NCBI GenBank assembly: GCA_051362555.1
Contig: CM120640.1
Location: 44,122,788 to 44,186,787, forward strand
DNA length: 64,000 nt
Direction of reading: 5' to 3'
Origin: Lingula anatina
Taxonomy: Eukaryota; Animalia; Brachiopoda
Shown one piece after another: positions 41,170 to 53,769 of the stretch. Under the pieces are notes generated by a model. That model was not told the origin of the DNA. It searched no databases and worked only from the letters and a program-made list of their open reading frames with translations. The position numbers and the translations under genes were made by a program. Every line of letters starts with the position of its first letter. Positions within the stretch are counted from its first letter, which is position 1.

Positions 41170-43434
41170 TGTAAATGTTTGTTTTAGAAGAACCCTGCTG
41201 TCAGTATCGTATTTTTCTAATGCTATTCTGATTTAAAGTAGTATCACGAAAATAATGATAAGTTTAATCATGATATTGATAATAAAAATCATTGTTATTA
41301 GTTTCATTCTTATAAAGCAGAAGTTGTCAGTTTAGTGAAGTGGTAAACATCAACATAGATTTCTAATGATTTATTAAATTACATCAAGTTTGACGCAAGA
41401 GAGCAGTAATTGAGACAAATAAATTTTCATCATTCAGCATTTTTTAGAAAATCGATGTAAAGCTACATGACAACATAAAAATTTTGTTATCCATTATCAC
41501 ATCACTCCAACACTGGCCTCCTCCAGAACTGAATACCATGACCTTTACTCGACGGTGACGTTTGGAGTAGATGTTTGGTCGATGACCGCGTTTTCGGTGC
41601 TCAAGCTAAGGGTGGAATGAAAATATAGATTTGTAAAACATTTAATAACCTTGGATATAAATTTGCTAATTATAAACGCACAAACTACGACGTATACCCG
41701 CCTCCAAGGTCGACGCATCCGGGAACTGCACTATTCTTTAATTCTTTTTTAAGTTACCAGTGCCTGACTCAAGGGACATTATCCAAAATTTGGTGTAAAT
41801 GCAGTGATGATTTTGTCTGTGACGATTTTATTTGTGTTACTTTTTATACAAAGATTTTTTTTAAAAATCTACTACATTATCAGACAAAATTTTGTATGCA
41901 AAAATATAGACTACAGGATGCAACATTGATTTAAGCTTTTCGGCGCGTAAAATTCGAATTGTTTGATAAATGAGTAAAGTCAGTTCAATATAGGACACTT
42001 CTTATGTGTCTGAAGTCTTATGATCTACTTGTACATACCGCAAGTGAATACGGTTTATTGCTGACTCAACAAAACCATTCACGAGGTCATTGAGATCTTT
42101 TTCTGGCAGTTGTGTCAGCTCTTTGGGAATGGGCTGAATCCCTGCAATTCTATATGTTATGATTTCATGAATAACCTGGTAGACTTAGATATAAACTGTC
42201 ACATGTAAAGTATTACGTCCCATATTTCAAGATGAAAAAAAGCAATTTTGATAACTTACAAGTATTATACCATACGAGATATAGTCAAAGATAAAAGACA
42301 TATAAACGATAAAACTATATATATACTATATATGTCACGTGAACATTAACATACATTGTAATACGTTTACCCATACTTTTGATTTTGCGAAGGATCCATT
42401 GCCGCTTTTACCGATTTTTCTCCTGTACATGGGGATTCTGAAAATAATTAAAGAAGAAGCTTAAGCGCATCCCAATCGTCTCTTCCTTTATTTTCACATT
42501 TATTATTCACATCAAGTCTAAATAAATGATTATGTGATAAAAGTCGCATGTGAACTTAAGAAACACAAAAACAAGTAAACAAAATTAGATATAGTTTGCA
42601 TTACTAAGGGCCATCCTGTAGCCTAAGAAGACATTGAAGTACGTTTTGAATATATAGAAATGTGTTTCTGTACACAGCCTCAAATTAAATCTTATGACAT
42701 TAAATCTTACCATTCTTTGCTTCATTTTTGCGACCACTACTCTCTATCACTCCTGTCTCTACAACATAACCAATTAAAGACAATATTGTTACGCGTGATT
42801 CTTCGTTAACTTTGGGATTTAAAAAAGTTACACAAAGACATTCGCCACACTTGATACATTTTTAAATGGTATAGTATACAATGAATAGTCACAAAGATAT
42901 CATTCTTAAACAGTTAGAACAAACGAAACAACACTTGAGTAAGCGAGATTTTAGCTTGACTTTCCTTAAAAGGCGTCAAGAATTATCGATTACTTAGATT
43001 ACTTACTTGAATTTATACACCCCATTGTGACGACGAAACAAATTACAAATTCATTGCGGAAAAAATTTAACACCTGTGAGGTGTCAAGAACTTGAAGTTT
43101 GTTTTGTATCTAAGACGTCACAACAAGTATTATGACGTCGCGATGCATCGCTCACTTAAATTACGTCATAACGCAGCGTTTTCCTCATAAGAGATAAATC
43201 ATGCACTTTTCCCAATATTTCAGATTTGAGGTATCAGGAAAAACCTATGTGGCCCGTGTGGCACTTCAAGTGTGCATTCGCCCAGGCAGCTATGATGTTG
43301 GCGATCAAACTATCGGAGAAACCAAGCCAATCGACCCAAAGTTTGACAATCAGGAAATAGAGTGGTCAACTAAAGAGCGTGGAAGCACCATTTTGTATGG
43401 TCTGCTGGTGAAATTGGAAGAACAAGCTTCTTGA
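34155..43434 (+). CDS. Copy 3 (intact, ~991 aa) of the myristoyl-SPRY-NHR-ARM-NEURL4-type ART gene
   Basis: 14 exons: 34155-34322, 34713-34875, 35138-35443, 36626-36688, 36842-36956, 37297-37561, 37928-38081, 38296-38741, 39091-39700, 39861-39932, 40114-40252, 40522-40637, 40939-41086, 43224-43434; total 2976 nt with an open frame and the same motifs as copy 2. Confidence 0.88.
34965..35000. repeat. (TA)n microsatellite
   Basis: Direct dinucleotide run in intron 2 of copy 3. Confidence 0.9.
35617..36491. mobile_element. 875 bp non-autonomous TIR element with a TA target-site duplication (Tc1/mariner-pogo-like), present only in copy 3
   Basis: TIRs GGGGAAACCAGGGCTAGTTGGCCC and (reverse complement) GGGGAGACCGGGGCTAGTTGGACC, with TA on both sides. 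The paralogous site in copy 2 is empty (CAGTGCATCGTAACTAG, ~25831). Confidence 0.88.
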
Positions 43435-44545
43435 AATAGTTCATCTTAACTCTGACGGAGCTGAGAACAGTGCTTTTGACTTAATGGTGTAAAATGTTTG
43501 AATGGTATTTCATTATTGAAAAGTGTCAGTTCCATACCATTTGTATTTTGTTTTATGTTATGACGTGACATTTGCAGAACCATTGTGATTGACTTCAAAC
43601 GTTACGTTTACATTTAAAAAATGTCTATGCGAGAAGAAAATTATTACTCCAACATGTACAGAAGAAAACTATTACTTTAACATGTACAGTAGGCCTACTG
43701 CCGTTTAAAGAATCAAAAACACCTATTTTCAGACCAGATTATAATTTAAAGCCATGTAGCTTCTTGCGCTTTGTATCGATTTTTCTCAACCTTTTAGAAA
43801 AGAAAATTTTACTTCGCGCCAAGTGATTTGGAGATGGTAATTACTATTTGAATCAAGAAGGCCTACTTAAATCTTTCAATAAACATCCACAAATAGGCTA
43901 TGCTAGTTCCCTTGCAGTAAACTTGGCTTTGTAGGTTAGGCCTACAGACATTGGGTGAAATAATAGTGCCGAGAGACTTGCTTTTTGAAACGTATTTCAA
44001 TAACATTACTTTAGGCCTGTAAGGCCTATATGTTACTCATTGAGGAATTTTAATGTAAAATTTTAGCCGAGCTGACTACGTCTCTCCCTGTAGGAGAGGT
44101 CAGCCGGTGTGACGGGACAGAGAATTCTCTCATGATAGAGAGTCTGGTTCTTATTAATTTACGCATGTAAGCCTCACCCTAGATTTTGACCCATTAACGT
44201 CAGGCTAACCCTTACCTGTATAATTAAATGGAGGGTGGATTTTTTGTTACACGGACCCTCAGTTGCGTCACAACGGCCTAGGCCTATTAAGAAAACGGGA
44301 ATTATTCTCCTTTTACTTATTTGCGCTGTTGATAAATAAAGTGTATTTGATATGTTACTAGTTTTTTTCTTTTCTTGATTTTTGTCAGAAATTAATAATA
44401 AGGAGTTTTACGGCTGGTTTTAGGCAGCTGAAATCGCGTCATTCTGCACGTCCTCTTACAGATTTAATCATTGCGATAGTTGAGCATCAGATTGCAAAGT
44501 GCATTGTGACACGTTTGGTTATGAAAGGTCAAGGTTATTTTAAAA

Positions 44546-47500
44546 ATGGCGTGGATGCGAAACACGCTGACGAAGGGTTCCAAAATATTTCAAGATCTAC
44601 AGGTAATTTTTTCAGCTTATGATAAAAAATTAACTTTCAATTGATTAGTTTCAAATTTTCGATGAATATGATTTTTTACATTTTTGTGATTTAGAGCGTA
44701 ATATATTTGTTATGTCAGAGTTTACATGCTTTTCATGCCGGAGCCTGGTGATGGGCACAAAATCGTGTAATATTGTAGCGTTCGGTGTTACTCATTACCC
44801 AAGTTCAGAATAAAAAATGTCTTGTCACTGAGGCATGAGAGATGGAATATAACAAAAAGAAGTTTTCACATACCTCTATTTCTCTCTCTCCTCCGTCTAA
44901 CTCGACTCTTTAAGTCCCCAATTTTTTAAATCCAGTCTATCTTAAATACCTGTTCTGTATCTATGAGTTGAATTAAATTTATAAGTAGACATCCTTTGAT
45001 TGAACACAATCCCAGAAATATCAAGTGTACTGATTAAACAGATTTTAACGGTATAATCAAGTATAAAGTCATGAAACGATTAAAGACATAATCCGAGTGG
45101 GAACCAAGTCTCAAGGTACTCACAAAGAACCTTGGCAATATGCAGATTTTTTGTGCTACTAGCATTTCTAGTGGCATTAAGATTGGGGTATTTGTGCAGT
45201 GGCACACTCCATTTCATTTTTTTCAAGGCAGTTCAGCAGACACAGTATTTTCATTATTTATTTTAATGATATAAATGTGATGTTTGATGATGCAAAATAA
45301 ATCCAAATTGAATAACACCCAAACCCAATATAGAGGTGCATTTCACATGCTTGAAGTATCAAAAAATAAAATTGAAAGAATTCGAAGTTGTATGCAGTTT
45401 TTAAAACATATTTGTGTATAGAATAAAAATCCACGACTGTCTCAATTTAACATCTACATTAAGTTTTTACCATGTGTATGTAAGGAGCCTGAATTGGTGC
45501 AAAAGGAAACATGGATTTCTACTTATTACCACGTATCTTTGTTATACTTGTAAGAGATAAAGAACAGAACCAGTGATGATTGAATTTTCAAAGTGGGTAA
45601 AATGTTTCCACAGCTGGACATTTTGCATTGTGACAGTAGTGTATGCTCCTTATTTGTGTTAGAAGATGAATTATTTTTTATTATTCATGGTTCTAGGAGA
45701 GTGAAACTTTGATACAAACTTCTTTATGTGGGACTCTAAAATAATCAAACAGTTTATAAACTGTGCAGTAAATATTTTTAAGTGCATGCCTGTAACCTCG
45801 TTTGCACCTCTATATTGGATTTGGGTGATAATTGTTATGTTGGCTTTTAAACCCCTCCCCCCTTTTTTTTTTTTTTTCTTTTCTTTGTAGAGGCAGTCAA
45901 AAATTGAAAATAAGTAAATTTGAAATTAATTCAAATTGTCTGTAGTGCAGCAGTTCTGAAATTTATGCATTTGCTTATCTTGCAAGCACATTCTATCTCT
46001 GTTTTACAGGCTTTACATATAAAACAAAATGCATTAATTGATAGAGGATTTGCTTCTGTATGCCTGCACCATAGACCTGATAGGTACCAAAAAACTGGAG
46101 TCTTGGATGTTCGAATTTATCAGGTGAGTTTAAATTTTGAAAGTTGCAATTATTTAAATTTTCATAAGATGTTAATAAAATATATGAAATAGTTTTTAGT
46201 GACAATTATCTGTTAGATATTGCACCACACGAATTAACAAAATAACATCCTTTATAATTGTTTTACAAAGTACCACTTAGTTGGAGATTAAACAAATAGC
46301 TATGAAAAAAAAAATGTATTCTACAGTAATTTGACCTGTTGACTTCTCAAGTGTTAGAAAGCATTTTTCACAATTGTGATTATTTAGATTATTATTTACT
46401 GTTAATTAGACAATATATTGTTTTGCCTTTACTTGAATTTTAATTTATTTTATTTCAGTCTCGGTCTATGGCTAGGGGTAATTTCTTTTCTAAAGTTTAT
46501 GAAAATATAAAGCAGGAATTTGATAAAAATAAAGAAATGAAGGTAATGTTCAATTTTTCTTAAATGCGTAAAATTAGGAGAATTAGAAGAATATTTCATA
46601 ATAAATATTTGTGAATGCTGCTGCATTTACTACAATTTATCATTTGAAAATTGTAAATAAGCATCTTTTTTTGCAATTACTATTTGTTTGTTGGAGTAAT
46701 TTGGCTCACATATCTCTTTCTGATCTAAACAAGTAATTAGAAATATCAATATATGTGTGATTTTTAAGGGGTATGTTGTATATATTAATATATTAAGACA
46801 GTTACTTAATACAATCAGATATTTCAGACCTATTGAACATTTATGTATTGCATATTATACATCATTGTATTTCAGGAAAGTGTAAAAAAATTTAGAGAAG
46901 AGGCCGACAAACTAGAAAAATCGGAAGCATTGGAAAAAATCAGACAAAAATATGTAAGTTATCTTCATTTTTGATCTTATCAGACATAAACCAGTGACCT
47001 TAAAAGATGGCCTGTATATCCAAAGACGGTTGGATGGTTTACAAAATTTTGGAGAAATGACATGTTTTTAGGTCGAGTTGAATTGTGGACAGCCTGGCAA
47101 ATTACCAAAAAGCAATTTGTTGTACCCAGGTTGTGTGATGCACAACAGTTGAATAAAACTACAGTGTATCATGACCTAAAGCTTTAATCTCCCCCTCCCC
47201 CATATTTTTACTTGAGTTGGACTCCTTGTAAATCATTGACCAAATTACATTTTGTACTCCCTGTACCTCAATTCCCACGGAAACTCCTGATTGTAGGTGA
47301 TTTTCTAGATTAAGGGTTTAAAAACTTTGTGCAGTGTGTCTCTCATATCTAATAACTGTAAGACTTTTTTGGGTTTTTTTTCCAGCAAGAAATGGATAAG
47401 GAAAAATCTGAAATTTTTGAATCCTTAACACAGGTAAGTTTTTTGTTTACTTTAGTGTGTAAATTGTCATTCCTTATGTTAATGTTATAGATTCACCATG

Positions 47501-50500
47501 TGATATATATATATTTTTTGAAAGTCTCGACACGGTACAACTACCCTAAAATTTTCATTCTTTTAAAGAAATTAGAGGAAGCTAAACAGACAGAAAGTGT
47601 GAAAAAATTAACTGAAGAAGTGAGCAAACATGCAGAAAAAATTGGAGAGGTAGCTGGAAAAGTGTCAGAAACAGTTGGTCGAGGCAGTGAGCAACTTGGA
47701 AAAATAGGACCCATCAAAAATATAAAAGAGGTAAGATTATTTCAAAATTGCAAATTCTTTCTGAAAGATATATTTACTTTCTGTGATGTCATTTTCTTTT
47801 TTAAAAAGACTTTGGGACATTCTTTCACCATTAAAAGTTATGAACAGAATTGGCCATCATTGTGTCGTTTTTTTTTTTTGTTTTTTTTAAATAAAGATCC
47901 ATATTTCAAGTGCATGCTGATAAAAGACTGACTACAAACATCCTGTTCTCTTCATAGATAGCCACTTCTCAACATGTTAATTTAAACAATTAAGGATGCA
48001 ATGGATAAAGTGTGGATCACTGTGTGACTTACCACGAAAGACCATCACTTTCGTAAAATCTACTGGTCAAAATCACAATTCACTGGTCTGGATATAGATT
48101 TTGACAGGACTTGACATTTTAATCTGTTGCATTATTATTAATTATATCAAGACCTTGATTTTGTCAAACAATTTTTATTTAGAATCATTATGTAACAGTT
48201 AAAAATTAAATCAAGTCGAAAGCTCTTTTCAAAATAAATTGAAAAACCCTATTGCCCTTTTCAAACCACTTAATTCATACATGTTTTCTAAAAGAATCTA
48301 CTGGTCCAATGAAATTATACTGGCCAGTAGTGTTTCAGGTGTAGAACCAATGGCTAACCTACAGAATGAACTTATATGCGCCCTTTTACATCTGGTGCTA
48401 TATATCGATTATGCGTCAATCAAACTTATGTGGCTCAATATTTATGATTTGATTGAATTTTTGGACAAGAAGGATGTCAGTAGCAAGGACTGTACAAATA
48501 AAGGTTCAAGAATGACCCTAGGATAGAGAGTGTGGTGAACCTCTACATATAAGATGTAGAAAAATGTTTTTGCAGTGGAGATGATACAAGCAAAAAAGTG
48601 CACCCTATACCTCATTAAAAGAACAACCATTTTTCTTGTCTTTCAGGGTGTAGGCACGATTTCTTCTGAATTTCAAAAAAGTACAATAATTTATGAAGCC
48701 CCAGGTAGGGTATTTCAATATATTTCTATGTAAAATTATAGTCTACTTGTTTTTTTATATACCATATGCAGTTAAAATTCCTGATTGAATATGTGTTGAA
48801 ATGTTGGTATGCCTTAGCCTTTCAGCAAATGAATAATAGAAGAACACTTTATTTTACTAAAACCTGTAAAGATTAGACATCAGAAATGTACAGATTTATA
48901 ACAGGCTGTTAATTTTTTATCTGCAGTTGAACTACGTAAACGATCAGACTATTTAGTTAATAATCCAGAGGATGAAAAGATCATTGCACCTGATGAGTAA
49001 GTTGTATTTTGAATAATTCTAGATAAATTTCTGTTAATTAATGAATTGGTGAGAATTCATTGTATGGCAGACCAATAATAGATAAGATTTTTTGCGCAAC
49101 TGCCTTAAGACAGCTGATATTTTGATTAATATTGTACCTTAATTCATGATAAAATGTTCTTGTTAGACTATTTTGCAGTATTGGCTTACCATGGTGAAAA
49201 TATTACTCTTCTGAACATCTCATTCTACATGTTACTGCATAGATTTGACATTTTGACAGTTATTCTTTCTTAAATGAACATTTTTTATAAAATTGAATCA
49301 ATTTTTATTTTCAGAGAGAGCACTGGCATGGTAATGCATAAAGATTCCAGGTGGTCTCAAAGTTGGCAGAATTTTAAAGACAGCAACCAGTATGTTCATA
49401 GTAAGTTTGCTTTCAGTCTTTTTTTACTGTTACATAGTTAATTCTTTCTTTACTTAGTTAAAATCATTAAGCTTAGTGCCGTGATATGATTGCTCCAGAC
49501 AGAGGTCTGACATAAAGTGTAATTTTTTAACCACCTGAATAAACTAGGTACCAGAATAACACTATGTAGAAAGTGTTATAAACTTTGAGTTGCTTCATAT
49601 TTTATGTAAGTTTCAATTTATAGCAAATAAAGGTACTTATGTTTGATTTTTTTTTTTCAGAATTATTTGACCTTAAAACTAAGTATGATGAAAGTGATCA
49701 TTTAGCAGTGCGGATGACTAGGGCATTCACAGACAGAATTGGCAGTGTATTTGGTCAGTATATTTATGTTATCAAACTAATTGACTTCATCTATTGTGCA
49801 ATTATTGTGTGATCTACAAGTTCATTTTGAAGCACAAGTATTATCTTGTTGTTTTGGGAGAAAATATTCCTTGTAGTTGAAAGGAAGGGTACAACATAAG
49901 TACAATACAAAAACCATGTGAATAAATTGTACCCTTAATGGAGGTTATTATTTTATTGCAGGAGGGATGCTTCAGCCAACAAAGATGTCGGAAGTGCTGA
50001 CTGAGATTGAGAAAATGGATCCCACCTTTGAAAAGGAGAAGTTTCTACAACAGTGTAGGCAAGACTTAGTTCCCAATGTACTAGAGGTAGGTGTGAAAGC
50101 TGTTCATTTAATGTTTAGAGCTCTGAAAGATATTGATTGCAAATGTTAACTTGTAAATGGTAAAATACTGCAAGGTTCATACAGCCTTGAAAAGTGCTTG
50201 AATTAAACCCTGTGCCTTGAATTCAGTTTGTGCCCTTGAAAAGTACTTGAAATTGCTATTAGCCTTGAAGGGGCTTCTATTTCACCATTTTTGTTCTTGA
50301 AAAGAACATGAATTTGATCACTTTTTGTCAAAAATTTTTTTTCCATTCTTGCAGTTTTTATGTGGAACAAATACAGTAATTCACAAAAATAGAGAATATT
50401 GTATTTGGACATTGTGTAATTTTTTTATTTTCACATTTCATCATTAGTGTGTTAAATAAAAGTTTGTATGAAATAATAAGGCTTTTTTTCTGTGGTATGT

Positions 50501-52293
50501 ACTTTTATGAATGACAATAAGTTGCCACCATGTGCATTCAAAAGGTCCTTGAAAAAATTGAATTAGAGTCACTTAAGTCCTTGTATTTGTTATTAATGTT
50601 GCTGTATGGACCCTGTACTGCTAGATTAATTGAGCAACTTCTTTTATGCCCATACTGTAATTGAATCCTGGCATTTTCCCCTTCTGTCATCTTACCAATT
50701 TTCAAAAGTACGTATATATTAACAGCATATTGTTTCATTTGTATGTGCTGTACTATTTATATTTTTCTTTCAAGTCTTGGGTCAGGGGAGATCTAGAAAT
50801 CCTTCAGGACTGGTGCTATGAAGCAGTGAGTACTATTTCTCATGTAGGATGTGTAATTAACATGTTCATTACCTCTTGCAAGTGCTAGAAGTTCTTGAGT
50901 ACTTTTGTGTTTAAATATGCTGTCTTAATGCAGTTGTACAGAACTCTCACAGGCATTCAGAGTAAAATATGAATATATAAGCTTGACTGGAGATATCTTT
51001 TGATTAACAGAGGTACAGATATTATAGAGCAAAAGCTGTTTTATAGATGAAGCAATAAAGTGTGCTCAAACTCCTTATCTTTCAGGCATTCAATGTGTTG
51101 GGTCAACCAGTGCAACAAAATTTAGCCATGGGACTAAAATCTCAGTGCAAAGTGTTAGATATAAGTCCTGTTGAAGTAAGTGTAGAAATCGTGGATTTCT
51201 CTTCATTTTCGTAAAGTGGATTCTTACAGATACATGGTTGATGTTAAGGATTTTACTCTTGATTCTAAGAAAATCACAAATTTACATTTAATCTGAATTA
51301 AAATAAAATGACAGTTAATAGAATAAAGGCAGTGAAAACACAATGGCATTGTCGGCAGAATGTTTTAATTGGAGGCTTTGTGGTGTTCTTGTTGCCCACG
51401 TAATGTTCAGGCACCCAGCCTTCCTTTAAGGCGATTAAATAGGTGTATCTGTGTTATTCTAATTCAACATTATTCTATATTATAGCTGGCAGCAGGACAG
51501 CTGATGGAGCAGGGGCCAGTGCTGATCATCAGCTTCTCCACACAACAAGTGGAAGCATGGGTAGATAAATCTAACAAAGTTGTCTCAGGAGATCCTGTAA
51601 GTTATGTATGAGATAATACACTGTCAACCTGGACCCCGTAACTCGAAAACATCGCGCATCGTGACCCAGCGCAAGCATCTCGATTTCGTAACTCCATACT
51701 CGTCCCATATAATACATTGTAGCCTCTATGTGATATTGCTATTGGCAATATGCAATGCTTTCAAGTTGCGGGACCCTGAGCCATGTATACCAGAACACCT
51801 TGAGCATCGGCAAAGTGTTTGGTGCACATATAGCGAAAGACTGGCAGTATATTATTTGACATAGATTTTGAAAGGAAGTTACTAACAAAAACACTGCTAA
51901 AACCCAGTAAATATCTCCACGGTCACATAACATTTCTCGGTGTGTAATAAGAGACATGTCTGCCTTGAAGAGACATATGGATATGCTGTTGTAATTGATT
52001 TAACCAGCATTGGTATCAATCAAAGAAAGTGGAATTGAACCATGCAAATATGCAAAGAATAAGGCCTTTTCAACATAATAGTATATACAACATTCTGTAA
52101 ATATCAAAGCAGACTACCATTTCATTTATCCTAGCATTTGAGAAGTCATTCTTTTTGTACATTTATTCTTCAGGACAAACTTTTGAAGGTAGTTCATGTG
52201 TGGGCCCTGTGCAGAGATCAGAGTATTCTGGACCCCAGAGCAGCATGGCGAGTGTTGGAGTTCAGCTTCCATCCTACTGAACAGTTGTTTTAA
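44546..52293 (+). CDS. TIMM44: Mitochondrial import inner membrane translocase subunit TIM44, about 15 coding exons
   Basis: Exons include 44546-44602 (MAWMRNTLTKGSKIFQDLQ), 46010-46123, 46459-46542 (NFFSKVYENIKQEFDKNKEMK), 46876-46953 (ESVKKFREEADKLEKSEAL), ~49315-49400 (GMVMHKDSRWSQSWQNFKDSN), ~49962-50086 (MSEVLTEIEKMDPTF...VPNVLE), 50775-50825 (GDLEILQDWCYEA), ~51486-51596 (GQLMEQGPVLIISF) and 52174-52293 (VWALCRDQSILDPRAAWRVLEFS...TAA). Some internal boundaries are approximate. Confidence 0.93.
50171..50615. mobile_element. 445 bp MITE with a 5-bp TSD (TACTG) in a TIMM44 intron
   Basis: 15-bp TIRs CAAGGTTCATACAGC and (reverse complement) CAGGGTCCATACAGC. TACTG lies at 50166-50170 and 50616-50620. 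Internal CCTTGAAAAGT(G/A)CTTGAA repeats. Confidence 0.8.
51629..51778. mobile_element. Short degenerate MITE (~150 bp) in a TIMM44 intron
   Basis: Left end CTGGACCCCGTAACTCGAAAACATCGC versus reverse complement of right end CAGGGTCCCGCAACTTGAAAGCATTGC. Confidence 0.55.
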
Positions 52294-53769
52294 ACCAGAA
52301 CTCTGTCAGAAGAATTTCATCAAAAGAAAGCATTTGTGATCATTACAAATGCAGTGTTAAGAACAAGTTCTGAGGTTTCATTTTAATGAGCAGTTGTCCA
52401 AGACGACATAGAATTGACCTTTTTTCAAAAGGAGGCCATGGACTGTTCCAATTTTTTTTAAATTAAAACTTGTGTGCTGAATGGAATGCACACATAAGAA
52501 CAAATATTTTAAAGCATTAAAAATTGTTAAAATTTTTTTATGTTGAAACAGAAGGTATAGTGTCTTACATGGCTTTTTGTGATAATTGTTATCACAACCA
52601 CAGAGCTTGATTGAAATTGGATCGATAAATTATCAGTACAATATGAAAATATTTAAAATGCATAGAAGAATTATATGGCTAAAAATAATGCAAACTTATA
52701 GGTAATGTTTTAATAATAAAACTGCAGTTTGATTAAATTAATACGAATTGTTTCTTATAAGTTCATTTTATTCTTGCGAGTAATTTATCAAATATGCTGA
52801 AAGAAAAGACACACTCAGTGGCCATCCCGTAGTATCTTAAAGGGATAACAACTGTTCGTATCATATCCATATTTTACAATAAATGCATTGCAAACAACTC
52901 ATAAAAATATAATCGATTCTATTTCACCTCCAATACAGCAGTTCATGCAACTATTCTGGAATTTTTGCTTGCCATCACATCATGTGACTTCCATAGATGG
53001 CTATACTCTGTAATAATCTCTTAAGAGAATATTACAAAAAAACAAACTTTTTAGAAAAAAAAAAAAAAAACAGGGACTAACTTTGAATGTTGGAATGGAT
53101 TCATTTACCATTGGTAAGTATGGGAAAATTGTCTTTTACTCTGGGAAAATCCATTTTTTGGCAAAAATGAGTTGTTATCCCTTTAAGCAACCTTTAACAT
53201 TTTCATCTACTTCATTTGTCCCTTCGAGCTAATGTTATTTCAAAATGCTTGCAAAAATACCCAAAACTGTACTTCCCAAAATAGGGCGACAATTCTGATC
53301 TTATAGCATTGGATTTGCTGAATGTTGTCATTGTGAACATGCTCCAACAATTGCAAACTACCTCACAATTTCAAATCTTCCTTGAAAGATCTATATCCCA
53401 TACTTAAACTTCCCACTACAAGGATACATGGTGATAACAATGTTAACTTGGTTAAAAAGTCATGCCCCAAGCATTGGACTTTATTTAAACTTATTTTGGC
53501 ACTACACCTCTAAACAATATTTTTGCTTGTACAACATTAAGTTGTTTATCGACAAACACAGTAGCTGTATGTTAAGAATTTGAGCATAAGGAAAATATCA
53601 ATTTTCCATTTGGACATATACAGCTGAATCTGAGGTATGTGTGACACTGGTTCATCAAGAGTGGCAGATATGTAGCAAAGTGATGCCCTTATCCCTTGTG
53701 ACTATCCAGAATCAGTGAATGTAACCCTGTTAGAAATATGACTCTTCAGGCCTCTCTCAGGTTTGCTAT

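Larger units (their letters stand above)
13477..44600 (+). repeat. Head-to-tail segmental triplication; units 13477-23210, 23211-32725 and 32726-44600
   Basis: Each unit starts with CC(C/T)TATCTTGAAAACACGGCTTT and ends with ...CAAAATATTT(T/C)A(C/A)GA(C/T)CTAC. Exons, introns and intergenic DNA are collinear between units. Confidence 0.92.

Noticed and set aside
14938-43434. Calling the array NEURL4 or SPSB1
   Set aside because: Only single domains match. There is no multi-NHR series and no SOCS box, so no gene symbol is given.
13477-44600. Triplication as an assembly or haplotype artefact
   Set aside because: There are three copies with many substitutions, copy-specific indels, a copy-specific transposon and precise shared junctions, so uncollapsed alleles are unlikely. 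Long reads would settle it.
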